Below are positions 1 to 8,390 of a stretch of 38,293 nucleotides of DNA, piece by piece. Source of the stretch: Myxococcota bacterium (GTDB taxonomy: Bacteria > Myxococcota_A > UBA9042 > DTJE01). The position numbers were made by a program, and so were the translations under genes. The stretch spans positions 1-38,293 of the forward strand of contig JAGOFO010000005.1 of the NCBI GenBank assembly GCA_017997155.1, read 5' to 3'. The notes under the pieces were generated by a model. That model saw only the letters and a program-made list of their open reading frames with translations, had not been told where the DNA came from and ran no database searches. Position 1 is the first letter of the stretch. Each line of letters begins with the position of its first letter.

Positions 1-733
1 CGTCGAAGTAAGCGTTGATCTCGCGCCACGTGACCTCGTCCTCGACGAGCACATCATCGACGTCCGAGTCCATGTAATCGCGGACAAAACGCAGCGCCAG
101 ACTGGATTCCTCGTGGATTTCGCCGGGCTTCCTGGCTTCGGCGAACCGTGCGACAATCTGTTTCCACTGTGAGACCAGGTGGTCCAGATCGGCCTGAAGC
201 TCGGTCTCGTCACTCTGATCGCTGACCGTTCGGATGATGCAGCCGAAACCCTTCGGAAGGTTGAGGTGATCCAGCGAGTCCTTCAGGCGCAGGCGGTCGT
301 CGCCCGACAGTTTCCTGGAAACGCCGGTTCGTGAGGAGAAGGGCATCAGGACCAGGAAACGTCCGGGATTGGACACGTTCATGGTCAGGGCCGCGCCCTT
401 CTTGCCGACTTCTTCCTTGGCGACCTGGACAAGGATGACGTCGCCGGCGCCCAGGCTGACATGGCCGTTGGCCGCCGCTGACTTGCCGGACAGTTCGATC
501 AGCGAGCGCTCGTTCACTTCGTCCAGGGGCAGAAACCCTTCCTTGCCGGTGCCGTAGTCGACGAAGGCGGCGTCCAGGCTTTTCTCAACCGTGGTCACAC
601 GCCCGCGGTACAGGTTGCCGCGGCGTCGGTTGGAGCCGGCGGACTCGATCTCGAGGTTGGTCAGCAGGTCCCCGTCAAGCAGCGCGGCGCGCGCTTCGTA
701 GGGGTCTGCGGAAATAACGATTCTTCTTGCCAA
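1..733 (-). CDS. Ribonuclease E/G family protein, N-terminal part (gene continues past the left edge of the window)
   Basis: My own minus-strand translation from TTG at 733, with an AAGGAAG Shine-Dalgarno-like site at 741-747. It reads ARRIVISADPYEARAALLDGDLL...GNLYRGRVTTVEKSLDAAFVDYGTGKEGFLPLDEV, the S1-domain signature of RNase E/G. There is no stop before position 1. It is absent from the ORF track because it is truncated. Confidence 0.7.
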   Translation of the reverse strand, partial: MARRIVISADPYEARAALLDGDLLTNLEIESAGSNRRRGNLYRGRVTTVEKSLDAAFVDYGTGKEGFLPLDEVNERSLIELSGKSAAANGHVSLGAGDVILVQVAKEEVGKKGAALTMNVSNPGRFLVLMPFSSRTGVSRKLSGDDRLRLKDSLDHLNLPKGFGCIIRTVSDQSDETELQADLDHLVSQWKQIVARFAEARKPGEIHEESSLALRFVRDYMDSDVDDVLVEDEVTWREINAYFD

Positions 734-759
734 AGTGATTCTTCCTTGAGTTGTCAGGG

Positions 760-1530
760 TTACTGGACCCTGCCGTCGGACCGGCGCTGGCCGGCCTTCG
801 GGATCTTGTTGACTTTGAAACGGACCGCGACCATGTCGCGAAACATGCGCGCCGAGTCGGAGAGCGCGCTTACACGTGTACGCTCGTCGTTGCGCCAGGT
901 GACGGGGACTTCGAAGATCCGGTATCCCATGCGATCGGCCCGGGCCAGCAACTCGACATCGAAGGCGAACCCGTTCGTCTCGAGCGCGGGCATCACATGC
1001 TTGACTATCTCGGAGCCGAACAGCTTGAATCCGCACTGGGTGTCGTGAATGCCGCGGATCACCAGCAGTTGAACCAGCAGATTGAAAATCCGTCCCATCA
1101 TCTCGCGATAAATGGGCTGGCGCACTTCGAGGTTCGAGCCCTGGAGCGCCCGGGAGGCGATAACCACCGCGTCGGGGGCCGCCCTGGCTGCCAGCTTTTC
1201 GATCTCCTCGATGGGGGTGGACAGGTCCGCGTCCGACATCAGGACATACGGGAACCGGGCGTGAGCACAACCGTTTTTCGTTGAGAACCCTTTGCCGCGA
1301 TTACCCGGATTCGTGACCACCACCAGTTTTGAGGGATCCTTGATGGCGCCGCGGGCAGCAGCGGCGGTGTCATCCGATGAGCCGTCGTCGACGACGACGA
1401 TTTCCCAGGCCTGGAAGCGGGCGCCGGCATAATCCTCGATGGCCGCGATCGTGGCGCCGATCCTGGCGGCCTCGTTGAAGGCGGGGATGACGATCGAGAT
1501 ACCGTCGCCAAATTCGGGGATGGTCGTCAC
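760..1530 (-). CDS. Family 2 glycosyltransferase (polyprenol-phosphate sugar transferase-like)
   Basis: 256 aa ORF. It carries ISIVIPAFNEAARIG ... VVDDGSSDDT ... MSDADLS, the typical GT2 DxD architecture. The GTG start overlaps the upstream gene stop by 4 nt (GTGA). Confidence 0.8.
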   Translation of the reverse strand: MTTIPEFGDGISIVIPAFNEAARIGATIAAIEDYAGARFQAWEIVVVDDGSSDDTAAAARGAIKDPSKLVVVTNPGNRGKGFSTKNGCAHARFPYVLMSDADLSTPIEEIEKLAARAAPDAVVIASRALQGSNLEVRQPIYREMMGRIFNLLVQLLVIRGIHDTQCGFKLFGSEIVKHVMPALETNGFAFDVELLARADRMGYRIFEVPVTWRNDERTRVSALSDSARMFRDMVAVRFKVNKIPKAGQRRSDGRVQ

Positions 1531-2462
1531 TGGTTACTGGCCTCGACGCGAAGGAGTTGCCTGCCCACAAGGATGACGTCGTTCACGTGCGCGGTTATGA
1601 CGCCCGACGTCTTGATGTAGGTGCCGTTGCGACTCTGCTTGTCTTTCAGGAAAAGTCCACCGGCCTCGGGTTCGATGGCCGCGTGAACCCGGGACATGTA
1701 GCGATCCTCGGGACAGGCGATGTCGGCCTGTTCTCGTCCGATGACAACCGGTCTTGTGGAAACCGGGAAAACGGGGCCCTCGGCGCCGCCAGCGAGCAGT
1801 TTGGTCAGCGTGCCACGCGGGCATGTCTCGTCCGGGGCGGCGAAGAGCATGAAGTCGTCGCGGGCAATGGTCGCCGTCTCGGATGAAAAACGGAAGACCG
1901 AGTCGCCACAGACGAACACGTCGCCATCGGACAGCTTGTGAGACCCGGAAATGCGCAGGAAAACGCCGTTGACGCTGCCCGCGTCCTCGACCTGGAGTCC
2001 GTCGCCGACCGGGTTGAAAGCGGCGTGGCGCGGGGACATCGTCCGATCGTCCGGGAAGGTTACCGTGCAACCGGTGGTCCCGACGGTAAGGCCGGATGCG
2101 GGAACCGCGTATGGGACGTTCGTGCCGCCCGCGCGTGAGAGATGGACAAGGGCCCAGGCCGTGCCTGCGGCTCTGGCGGGGGCGGGCGCCGGCTGTGCTG
2201 CCGGAGCCGACGGAGGCGACTGTCTGGCCGGAGGCGCGACAGGCGTGGCGTTCTGTGCCCAGACGGGAATCTGATCAGCAACCGGTCGGCTGCGGGGCAG
2301 GGCCGAGAATTCCTCTGGGTCGAACTCTGCCTGGGGCATGTCGGTTCTGATAGCGGCCTGGCTTTCTTCCAGGAGTTCTGGAAGCCGGCTGCCGCATTCC
2401 GCGCAGAAAATGTAATCCTGTGGCTGTGAAACGCCGCAGTTGGGACAGACTTTGTGTGCCAT
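1527..2462 (-). CDS. Zinc-ribbon protein with two FHA domains
   Basis: N-terminal CPNCG...CAECG double zinc ribbon, a Pro/Ala-rich linker, then two FHA-like modules (GR..CD/TV.FPDD..SRHHA..., NGTYI/NGVFL). ATG at 2462 is preferred over TTG at 2480 because GGAAGGG lies 10-16 nt upstream. Confidence 0.75.
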   Translation of the reverse strand: MAHKVCPNCGVSQPQDYIFCAECGSRLPELLEESQAAIRTDMPQAEFDPEEFSALPRSRPVADQIPVWAQNATPVAPPARQSPPSAPAAQPAPAPARAAGTAWALVHLSRAGGTNVPYAVPASGLTVGTTGCTVTFPDDRTMSPRHAAFNPVGDGLQVEDAGSVNGVFLRISGSHKLSDGDVFVCGDSVFRFSSETATIARDDFMLFAAPDETCPRGTLTKLLAGGAEGPVFPVSTRPVVIGREQADIACPEDRYMSRVHAAIEPEAGGLFLKDKQSRNGTYIKTSGVITAHVNDVILVGRQLLRVEASNQ

Positions 2463-2633
2463 CTGTTCGAACCCTTCCAAGTCACCGTACGTTATAGATG
2501 CAAACCGGCCCCTGTGTCAATCGCGCAACCGCGCGCGTCGCGTGCGGGAGGTCCGGGAAGATCTCGCGGAATCGGGTGGATGGCGCGTCCGGGACTGGTG
2601 GATGGCGAACGGCGTCCGACCGGTTTCGGAAAA

Positions 2634-3770
2634 TCATCGGGCAAGCCACGTCGGCTCCGTTCTGAGCGCCTCAAGGCGGAAACGCCTGAAGATGGTGGCG
2701 CGTTGCCTTTCGTCGCAGGTCGCCCAGGCCATCTTGAAGGGGGTCGAAAGCGATACGCCCGACAGCGGGATCAAAGCGTCCCTGAGCGCGGCGAAACCGG
2801 AGTCGGCATGGGCGGCGGCGGCATTTATAGTCAGTGTGTTCACTGGTGAACGTATCAGGCCCATCGCGGCGACGGTCTCGGGCGCGGGCAGGCCGCCAGG
2901 AGGCATGGGCAGACCCAGTGCCCTGATGACCGCCTCGGAGACCATGTTTATCGCCCTGGCCCTGCCGAGCCTGCCGCTGCCGGCCACGTGAGGCGTGGCT
3001 ACAGTGGCCGCGGCCACGGTAAGTGGCGCTGGCGCGGGCTCGCCCATGAAAACGTCGAGCGCGAAGCCGGGAAGTCCGCGAGCGGAGCCGGTGAACATCG
3101 ACTCGTCAAGGATGCCGCCGCGAGAACAGTTGATGACCAGCCGGCAACTGGCTGCGGCATACGAAACGCACATTTCGCGCGAAATCATCCCGGCAGTCGG
3201 GAACGGGGACTGCGAGGGTGTGGTCAGCGGCACGTGGAAGGTCACGACTTCGGCTTCGGCCAAATCGGGCAGGGCGGTATGGCCCGACGGCGGGGCATGC
3301 AAAGGGTCGCAGGCAAGCCAGGGTATGCCCAGCATGGTCAGCCGGCGCGCGACTTCGTGGCCGCAGTTGCCGAATCCCGCTATGCCGACCGATGCCGGCA
3401 GTCTGCCAAGCGCCGTGATCATGGCGCCAATCGTCCAGTCCGCAACGGCGCCGGCAGTGGACCCGGGAGCATTGAACACTGGAATATCATGGCCCAGTCG
3501 TGAGGCGAGTTCCCGGACTGCGCCCGTGTCAACGTGATCGGTGCCAACAACGGGGGTGGCGATTGCCCGAAGCGATTCACAGGGAGCCAGAAGGTCCCTG
3601 TTGACGCGGACCGAAGATGAGACGACGAGGACGTCGGCGACAGACAGAGTCGCTGTGTCGGGCCTGCCCGCGGCGGGATCGAAGAATACCCGGTCGCCAA
3701 TTCCGTCCAGTACGGACCTGGCCCACGGAATTCCGGCGTCGATCAGAATTAAGGGTCTTGAATCAATCAT
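2634..3770 (-). CDS. pdxB: Erythronate-4-phosphate dehydrogenase-like D-2-hydroxyacid dehydrogenase
   Basis: 378 aa, the same length and layout as PdxB. It has an N-terminal ILIDAGIPWAR start, a GxGxxG-type site (GIAGFGNCGHEVARRL), INCSRGG and LDVF.GEP motifs, and a C-terminal dimerisation extension. Confidence 0.6.
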   Translation of the reverse strand: MIDSRPLILIDAGIPWARSVLDGIGDRVFFDPAAGRPDTATLSVADVLVVSSSVRVNRDLLAPCESLRAIATPVVGTDHVDTGAVRELASRLGHDIPVFNAPGSTAGAVADWTIGAMITALGRLPASVGIAGFGNCGHEVARRLTMLGIPWLACDPLHAPPSGHTALPDLAEAEVVTFHVPLTTPSQSPFPTAGMISREMCVSYAAASCRLVINCSRGGILDESMFTGSARGLPGFALDVFMGEPAPAPLTVAAATVATPHVAGSGRLGRARAINMVSEAVIRALGLPMPPGGLPAPETVAAMGLIRSPVNTLTINAAAAHADSGFAALRDALIPLSGVSLSTPFKMAWATCDERQRATIFRRFRLEALRTEPTWLAR

Positions 3771-3801
3771 ATTCTGGTGCCGGCGAAGGCTGGCGCCGGT
3801 T

Positions 3802-4173
3802 CTATTTGCTGAAAAGCTTGTCCAGGCGGGCTTTCGCGTCGTCGGCCGTGCGTGGGGACGTCACCGTCTTGCCGCCACCGAACATCTCCTCAAGCCGATT
3901 CTTGGCCTGGGCCTCCTCGGTGATGCCCTCGGTACCGTCTACCGGCTTGAACGTGAAGTAAAGACAGAAGTTTCCCTCGGCCCGGTCACGAATGAACTCG
4001 CCCTGGTTTTCAGTGCACTGGTTGTGCACGTTCTTGTCCCAGAATTTGCAATTGTAGCAGCAATGCAGATAGGCATAGCAGTTCGGACACATGTCGCGGC
4101 GCCCGATCTTCACATCGAAGACCAGTTCCTCGCCGCAGTTATAACACTTGAAGACGGGATCGGCGGTTTCCAT
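3802..4173 (-). CDS. Cysteine-rich small protein (multiple CxxC zinc-ribbon motifs), function unknown
   Basis: 123 aa ORF with CYNCG, CPNC and CCYNC motifs. AAGGAA lies upstream of the ATG at 4173. Codon usage is consistent with its neighbours. Confidence 0.6.
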   Translation of the reverse strand: METADPVFKCYNCGEELVFDVKIGRRDMCPNCYAYLHCCYNCKFWDKNVHNQCTENQGEFIRDRAEGNFCLYFTFKPVDGTEGITEEAQAKNRLEEMFGGGKTVTSPRTADDAKARLDKLFSK

Positions 4174-4404
4174 CGGGCGATTCCTTCATCGTATGACGTG
4201 CCGGCGGCCACTCCACCGGACGAGCTCGCGGATTGTAGTTCTTTTAGTCGAATCCGTAAACCGTGGCGTGGATCGTCAGAAATATTCGGTCGTTTCTTTG
4301 GCAGATCCGAAGGGTGCGTATTAACCTCGGATTCGTCGATGCCAGATCGTCGCGGCGCGGGGTGCTCCGGCGGCGGTCGGTTCTGGATGTGGCTGGAGGT
4401 AGTC

Positions 4405-4725
4405 ATGTACGGGCTTGGTGATACGATGGTCGATGTCAGTTTTCCAGTTGCGGAGATTCGCGGCGAGAAGGTCAGCGGTTCGGGAATCGCCAGGCGCATC
4501 GGCATGACGGGCATGGAACTGGTATCGGGTGACGTGCCTCCTGGCCAGTTCGCGTGGCTTGGATTCCAGATACCCGGCTGCTCGCGGAACCTTAAGGTTC
4601 TGGGCGAAATCGTCGGCGTCCGCCGAGACGGCTCCCAGGACAGCGTCACGATTCGCTTCAAGCATGTTTTCCCGCACGACCGCGAAGTCCTGACCGGTCT
4701 GATGCTTGCCCGCGCCGTCGCCTGA
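4405..4725 (+). CDS. Small hypothetical protein (weak, non-canonical PilZ-like resemblance)
   Basis: This is the inner part of track ORF 3541..4725. The ATG at 4405 is preceded by GGAGG. The upstream part of the long ORF is antisense to pdxB and the Cys-rich gene, so it is discarded. The RRIGMTGMEL segment only loosely resembles the PilZ DxSxxG region. Confidence 0.4.
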   Translation: MYGLGDTMVDVSFPVAEIRGEKVSGSGIARRIGMTGMELVSGDVPPGQFAWLGFQIPGCSRNLKVLGEIVGVRRDGSQDSVTIRFKHVFPHDREVLTGLMLARAVA

Positions 4726-4777
4726 TCCCCTTTTCCGTTCATCTTCGTTCCATCAACCATCACCCCTGAGCATCACC

Positions 4778-4992
4778 AAAACGAAACCTGGGTTGGTTCC
4801 AGAGTGGTCCAAAAACGAAACCTGGGTTAGTTCCCGGAGGGGGTAAAAACGAAACCTGGGTTAGTTCCCGGAGGGGGTAAAAACGAAACCTGGGTTAGTT
4901 CCCGGAGGGGGTAAAAACGAAACCTGGGTTGGTTCCCGGAGGACCCCAAAGAGAAACCTGGGTTGGGGAAAGGGGTGGGGAAAAGTACTTTT
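4778..4992 (+). repeat. Array 1 of the GAAACCTGGGTT repeat: 6 direct copies at an exact 34-bp period, plus a G-rich tail
   Basis: Core copies start at 4783, 4817, 4851, 4885, 4919 and 4953. Units 4817-4918 are three identical 34-mers. The array lies in the gap between convergent genes. Confidence 0.95.
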
Positions 4993-5030
4993 GAAGTTCG
5001 GGTTAAGGTGTTTGAAATTACAGAGGTATG

Positions 5031-6218
5031 CTAGCGGGATGTTGCCTTGCGGAAGGCGCGTTCGAAGCCGGGTATGGCGCTGATGATCGTCTTGTCCGGA
5101 ACCGCGAAGGAAAGACGGAAATTGCCGGGAGCGTTGAAGCCCGATCCCGGGGTTGCCAGAACCAGTTCTTCCTTCAGCATCATGATGAAGGCGGGATCGT
5201 CCGGAATGGGAGACTTCGGAAACATGAAGAAGGTTCCCTGCGGTTTGGGCACGTCATAGCCGATCTCGGTCAGACCGTTGAACAGCAGGTCTCGCTTGGC
5301 CTGGTAGATCGGGACGTTCGACTCCCAGTCCTGAATTCTGGCCATCACCCGCTGCATCATGGCGGGAGCGTTGACGAACCCGAGCGTCCTGGTGCAGAAG
5401 GCAGCGGCCGCGAAGATCTCGCGGGCGCCGGCGCACCGGGGGCTGATCGCCAGGTATCCGATACGCTCGCCGGCGAGCGATATCGATTTTGAGTAAGACG
5501 TCACGATGACGGTGTCGTCGTAGTAGTCGGCCGGCGCCTCGTATTTCAGTCCGTCGAACAGCAGATTACGGTACGGTTCGTCTGAAACGATGAAGACCGG
5601 TCTGCCGATCTTGCGTGAGTGCTCAGTCAGCATCTCACCGATTTCCTTCAGGATTGTTCCAGGTATCATGCGTCCGGTCGGGTTACACGGCGAGTTGAGC
5701 ATCACCACGCGGGTTCGCGGTGTCAGGCGGCTTGCCATGTCCCGGACATCGGGCAGGCAGTCCGGAGTCGCCGGCGAAGTGACCTGCACGCCGTTGTGAT
5801 TCGAGATGTAGAACGAGTACTCGGGAAAGTACGGCGCCACCAGCATGACTTCGTCGCCGGGGTTCAGGACGCTGCGCAGGAAAACGTTTGACGCGCCCGC
5901 CGCTCCGACCGTCATCAGGATGTTCTCGGCTGGATAAGTCAGTCCGCCCTCGCGGGACAGCCTGGCCGCGATCGCGCGACGCGTCTCGATGTATCCGGGG
6001 TTCTGCATGTAGGTGTGCATTCCCGGAGTCTCGTCGGCTGCGACCTCCCGCAGCGCGTCGAAGAACTGCGGAGGAGGCTCGACGCAGGGACTTCCGAGTG
6101 TGAAGTCGAAAACCTTGTCGGCCCCGTGAATCTTTTTAAGCTCGAGCCCTTCCTCAAACATCCGCCTAATCCAAGAGCCGCGTTTTATATCCTGGCTGAC
6201 CTGATCCGACGTGTACAT
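5031..6218 (-). CDS. PLP-dependent class I/II aminotransferase (aspartate/alanine aminotransferase-like)
   Basis: The ORF contains SYSKS..LAGERIGY (PLP lysine region), NPCNPTG-like SPCNPTG and FRLSF motifs. The start was trimmed to ATG 6218 (MYTSDQVSQ...) because the upstream extension is Cys/Gly-rich and looks non-coding. Confidence 0.8.
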   Translation of the reverse strand: MYTSDQVSQDIKRGSWIRRMFEEGLELKKIHGADKVFDFTLGSPCVEPPPQFFDALREVAADETPGMHTYMQNPGYIETRRAIAARLSREGGLTYPAENILMTVGAAGASNVFLRSVLNPGDEVMLVAPYFPEYSFYISNHNGVQVTSPATPDCLPDVRDMASRLTPRTRVVMLNSPCNPTGRMIPGTILKEIGEMLTEHSRKIGRPVFIVSDEPYRNLLFDGLKYEAPADYYDDTVIVTSYSKSISLAGERIGYLAISPRCAGAREIFAAAAFCTRTLGFVNAPAMMQRVMARIQDWESNVPIYQAKRDLLFNGLTEIGYDVPKPQGTFFMFPKSPIPDDPAFIMMLKEELVLATPGSGFNAPGNFRLSFAVPDKTIISAIPGFERAFRKATSR

Positions 6219-6451
6219 CGAAGCACCTTCGTTTGATGACCAGCCGTTTGAATATCCCATCTGCCGGAAAGTCGCAACACCCCGGATCCGTCCACAGGCG
6301 CAGCCGGGCGAACACACGCTATTGACCGCGTGCCCTTATTGTTTCAAGCTAAAAGGTCATTGCACGGTGGCGCGATTCACGCAAAACGGTTTTTCGTGCG
6401 TGGCTGAATGTTCAGTCACGACTCCGCGGCCCCCGACAGGAGGAACAACCA

Positions 6452-8302
6452 ATGGATTACAAAGCCGATCTTCGGGACATCAAGTTCCTGCTTTTCGACG
6501 TTTTGAAAGCTGCCGACCTTCAGAAACTCGAGCATTACGCCGATTTCGGGGCCGACGACTACGAGGCCATTGTCGAGGCCGCGCATGACTTTGCCGCCGA
6601 GGTTCTCGGTCCGATCAATGATGTCGGAGACAAGGAAGGGCTCGGTTTCGGCCCCGATGGCGTGACGATGCCGACAGGCTTCGTTGAGGCTTGGAAGCGG
6701 TACGCCGCCGACGGCTGGGTTGGCGCGATAGTGCCCCAGGATGCCGGCGGCCAGGGTCTGCCGGTCCTGATGGATCAGGTTATTCACGAGCTGTTTCTGG
6801 GCGCCAACATCTCATTCTCGCTTCTTGGCGGACTGACCGAGGGCGTCATCGACCTGATCGACAAGTTCGGCGACCAGGCGCTGAAGGATCGTTTCATGTC
6901 CGGCCTGGTTGAAAAGGGCTGGGGCGGAACGATGTGCCTGACCGAGGACAACGCCGGTTCCGACGTCGGTGCAAGCCGCGCGGTCGCCCGTGACCGTGGT
7001 GACGGAACGTTCCTTATCGAGGGAACCAAGATTTTCATCACCGGCGGCGACCATGACATGTCCGAAAACATCGTGCACGCCGTTCTGGCAAGGATCGAGG
7101 GCGACGCTCCCGGCACGAAAGGCCTGTCGCTGTTCATCGTCCCGAAGTATTGCGTTGGACCCGACGGGCAGCTTGAACGCCCGCTGGCCACGAACGATGT
7201 CCGCTGCGCCCGTATCGAGCACAAGATGGGAATCAAGGCCTCGCCGACCTGCGTGTTGAATTTTGGCGACAACGGGGCCTGCGTCGGCTATCTCCTGGGC
7301 AATCGCTGCGCCGGCATGAAGCAGATGTTCCACATGATGAACGAGGCCCGCATCATGATTGGCGTGCAGTGCATGGCACTGGCCGCCATCGCGTACGAAA
7401 AGTCGCTTGAATACGCGGGTCAGCGTCTTCAAGGCACCGACATCGAGCACATGAAGGACCCGCGGGCCCCGAAAGTGCCGATCGTCACCCATCCGGACGT
7501 GCGTCGCATGCTGCTGACCCAGAAGGCGTACGTTGAGGCGATGCGCGGCATGCTCTACACGACCGCCATGTGGGAGGATCTCGCCCGCTACGCGTCGACC
7601 GACGAGGAAAAAGCGAAGTACCGCAGTTTTGTCGAGCTGATGACCCCGGTCTGCAAGTCCTGGTGCTCGGACATTGGATTCAAGTCGTGCGACCTCGGCA
7701 TGCAGGTCCTGGGTGGTTATGGCTACACCAGTGAGTACCCGCTGGAACAGTTCGTCCGCGACGCCAGGATCGGTCCCATTTATGAAGGGACCAACGGCAT
7801 CCAGGCGATGGATTTCGTGGGACGAAAGCTTCCCGCGAACAACATGGCCAACTTCTCTGCTTTCATCAAGGAAATCATAAACTTTGCCCAGGCAAACGCC
7901 GGCAACCGCGCCCTGGCCGACGGCTGCAACCGCCTGCGCGTCGCCGCCAACCAGGTTTCCGAGGCCGGTATGCGCCTGATGACAGCGGCCTTGAGGGACG
8001 TGCCCTTCCTGTTCTCACACGCGTACACCATGCAGGACGCCTTCGGCGAGGTTGTCGGGGGCTGGATGCTTCTGCAGCAGGCGGCGGTGGCATCAGCCCG
8101 CCTGGACGCGCTCTATGCGGAGAAGGGTGTGACGCTTGACACGGACAAGGCGGCGCTCGTGGCCGACAACCCGGATGCGAAGTTCTACTTCGGCAAGGTT
8201 AAGACCGCCGAATTCTATTGCAAAACCATTCTGCCGTTCGTAGCCGCCCGCCTCGAGATCATCAAGTCCGGCGACCACGCGGCGGTCGAGATGGTCTTCT
8301 AG
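6452..8302 (+). CDS. Long-type acyl-CoA dehydrogenase
   Basis: 616 aa. It has GGYGYTSEYPLEQFVRDARIGPIYEGTNGIQAMD (ACAD C-terminal signature), LTEDNAGSDV, and an extra C-terminal helical domain. GGAGGA lies upstream of the ATG. Confidence 0.85.
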   Translation: MDYKADLRDIKFLLFDVLKAADLQKLEHYADFGADDYEAIVEAAHDFAAEVLGPINDVGDKEGLGFGPDGVTMPTGFVEAWKRYAADGWVGAIVPQDAGGQGLPVLMDQVIHELFLGANISFSLLGGLTEGVIDLIDKFGDQALKDRFMSGLVEKGWGGTMCLTEDNAGSDVGASRAVARDRGDGTFLIEGTKIFITGGDHDMSENIVHAVLARIEGDAPGTKGLSLFIVPKYCVGPDGQLERPLATNDVRCARIEHKMGIKASPTCVLNFGDNGACVGYLLGNRCAGMKQMFHMMNEARIMIGVQCMALAAIAYEKSLEYAGQRLQGTDIEHMKDPRAPKVPIVTHPDVRRMLLTQKAYVEAMRGMLYTTAMWEDLARYASTDEEKAKYRSFVELMTPVCKSWCSDIGFKSCDLGMQVLGGYGYTSEYPLEQFVRDARIGPIYEGTNGIQAMDFVGRKLPANNMANFSAFIKEIINFAQANAGNRALADGCNRLRVAANQVSEAGMRLMTAALRDVPFLFSHAYTMQDAFGEVVGGWMLLQQAAVASARLDALYAEKGVTLDTDKAALVADNPDAKFYFGKVKTAEFYCKTILPFVAARLEIIKSGDHAAVEMVF

Positions 8303-8350
8303 GTTTCGTCCGTTTTCGCCCCCCCATGGTGGTCTTTTTCCGTCATTGGA

Positions 8351-8356
8351 TATAAT
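8351..8356 (+). promoter_or_regulatory. Candidate -10 hexamer (perfect TATAAT) upstream of the PhoH2 gene
   Basis: A perfect TATAAT lies in a GC-rich intergenic region, 35 nt upstream of ATG 8391. No convincing -35 element was found (GGTGGT at the expected position). Confidence 0.3.
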
Positions 8357-8390
8357 CTTGCGCCGGTTCGGTTTTCGACCAGGAGTGAGG

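Noticed and set aside
3541-4725. The 394-aa plus-strand ORF might be a single gene.
   Set aside because: Its first two thirds are antisense to pdxB and to the Cys-rich gene and have an Arg/Ser/Gly-rich shadow-ORF composition. Only the 3' part from ATG 4405, which has GGAGG upstream, was kept.
7949-7959. A near-match, AACCAGGTTTC, inside the acyl-CoA dehydrogenase gene.
   Set aside because: It lacks one C relative to the core. It is a single isolated copy in a conserved CDS with no A-tract or array context, so it is most likely chance.
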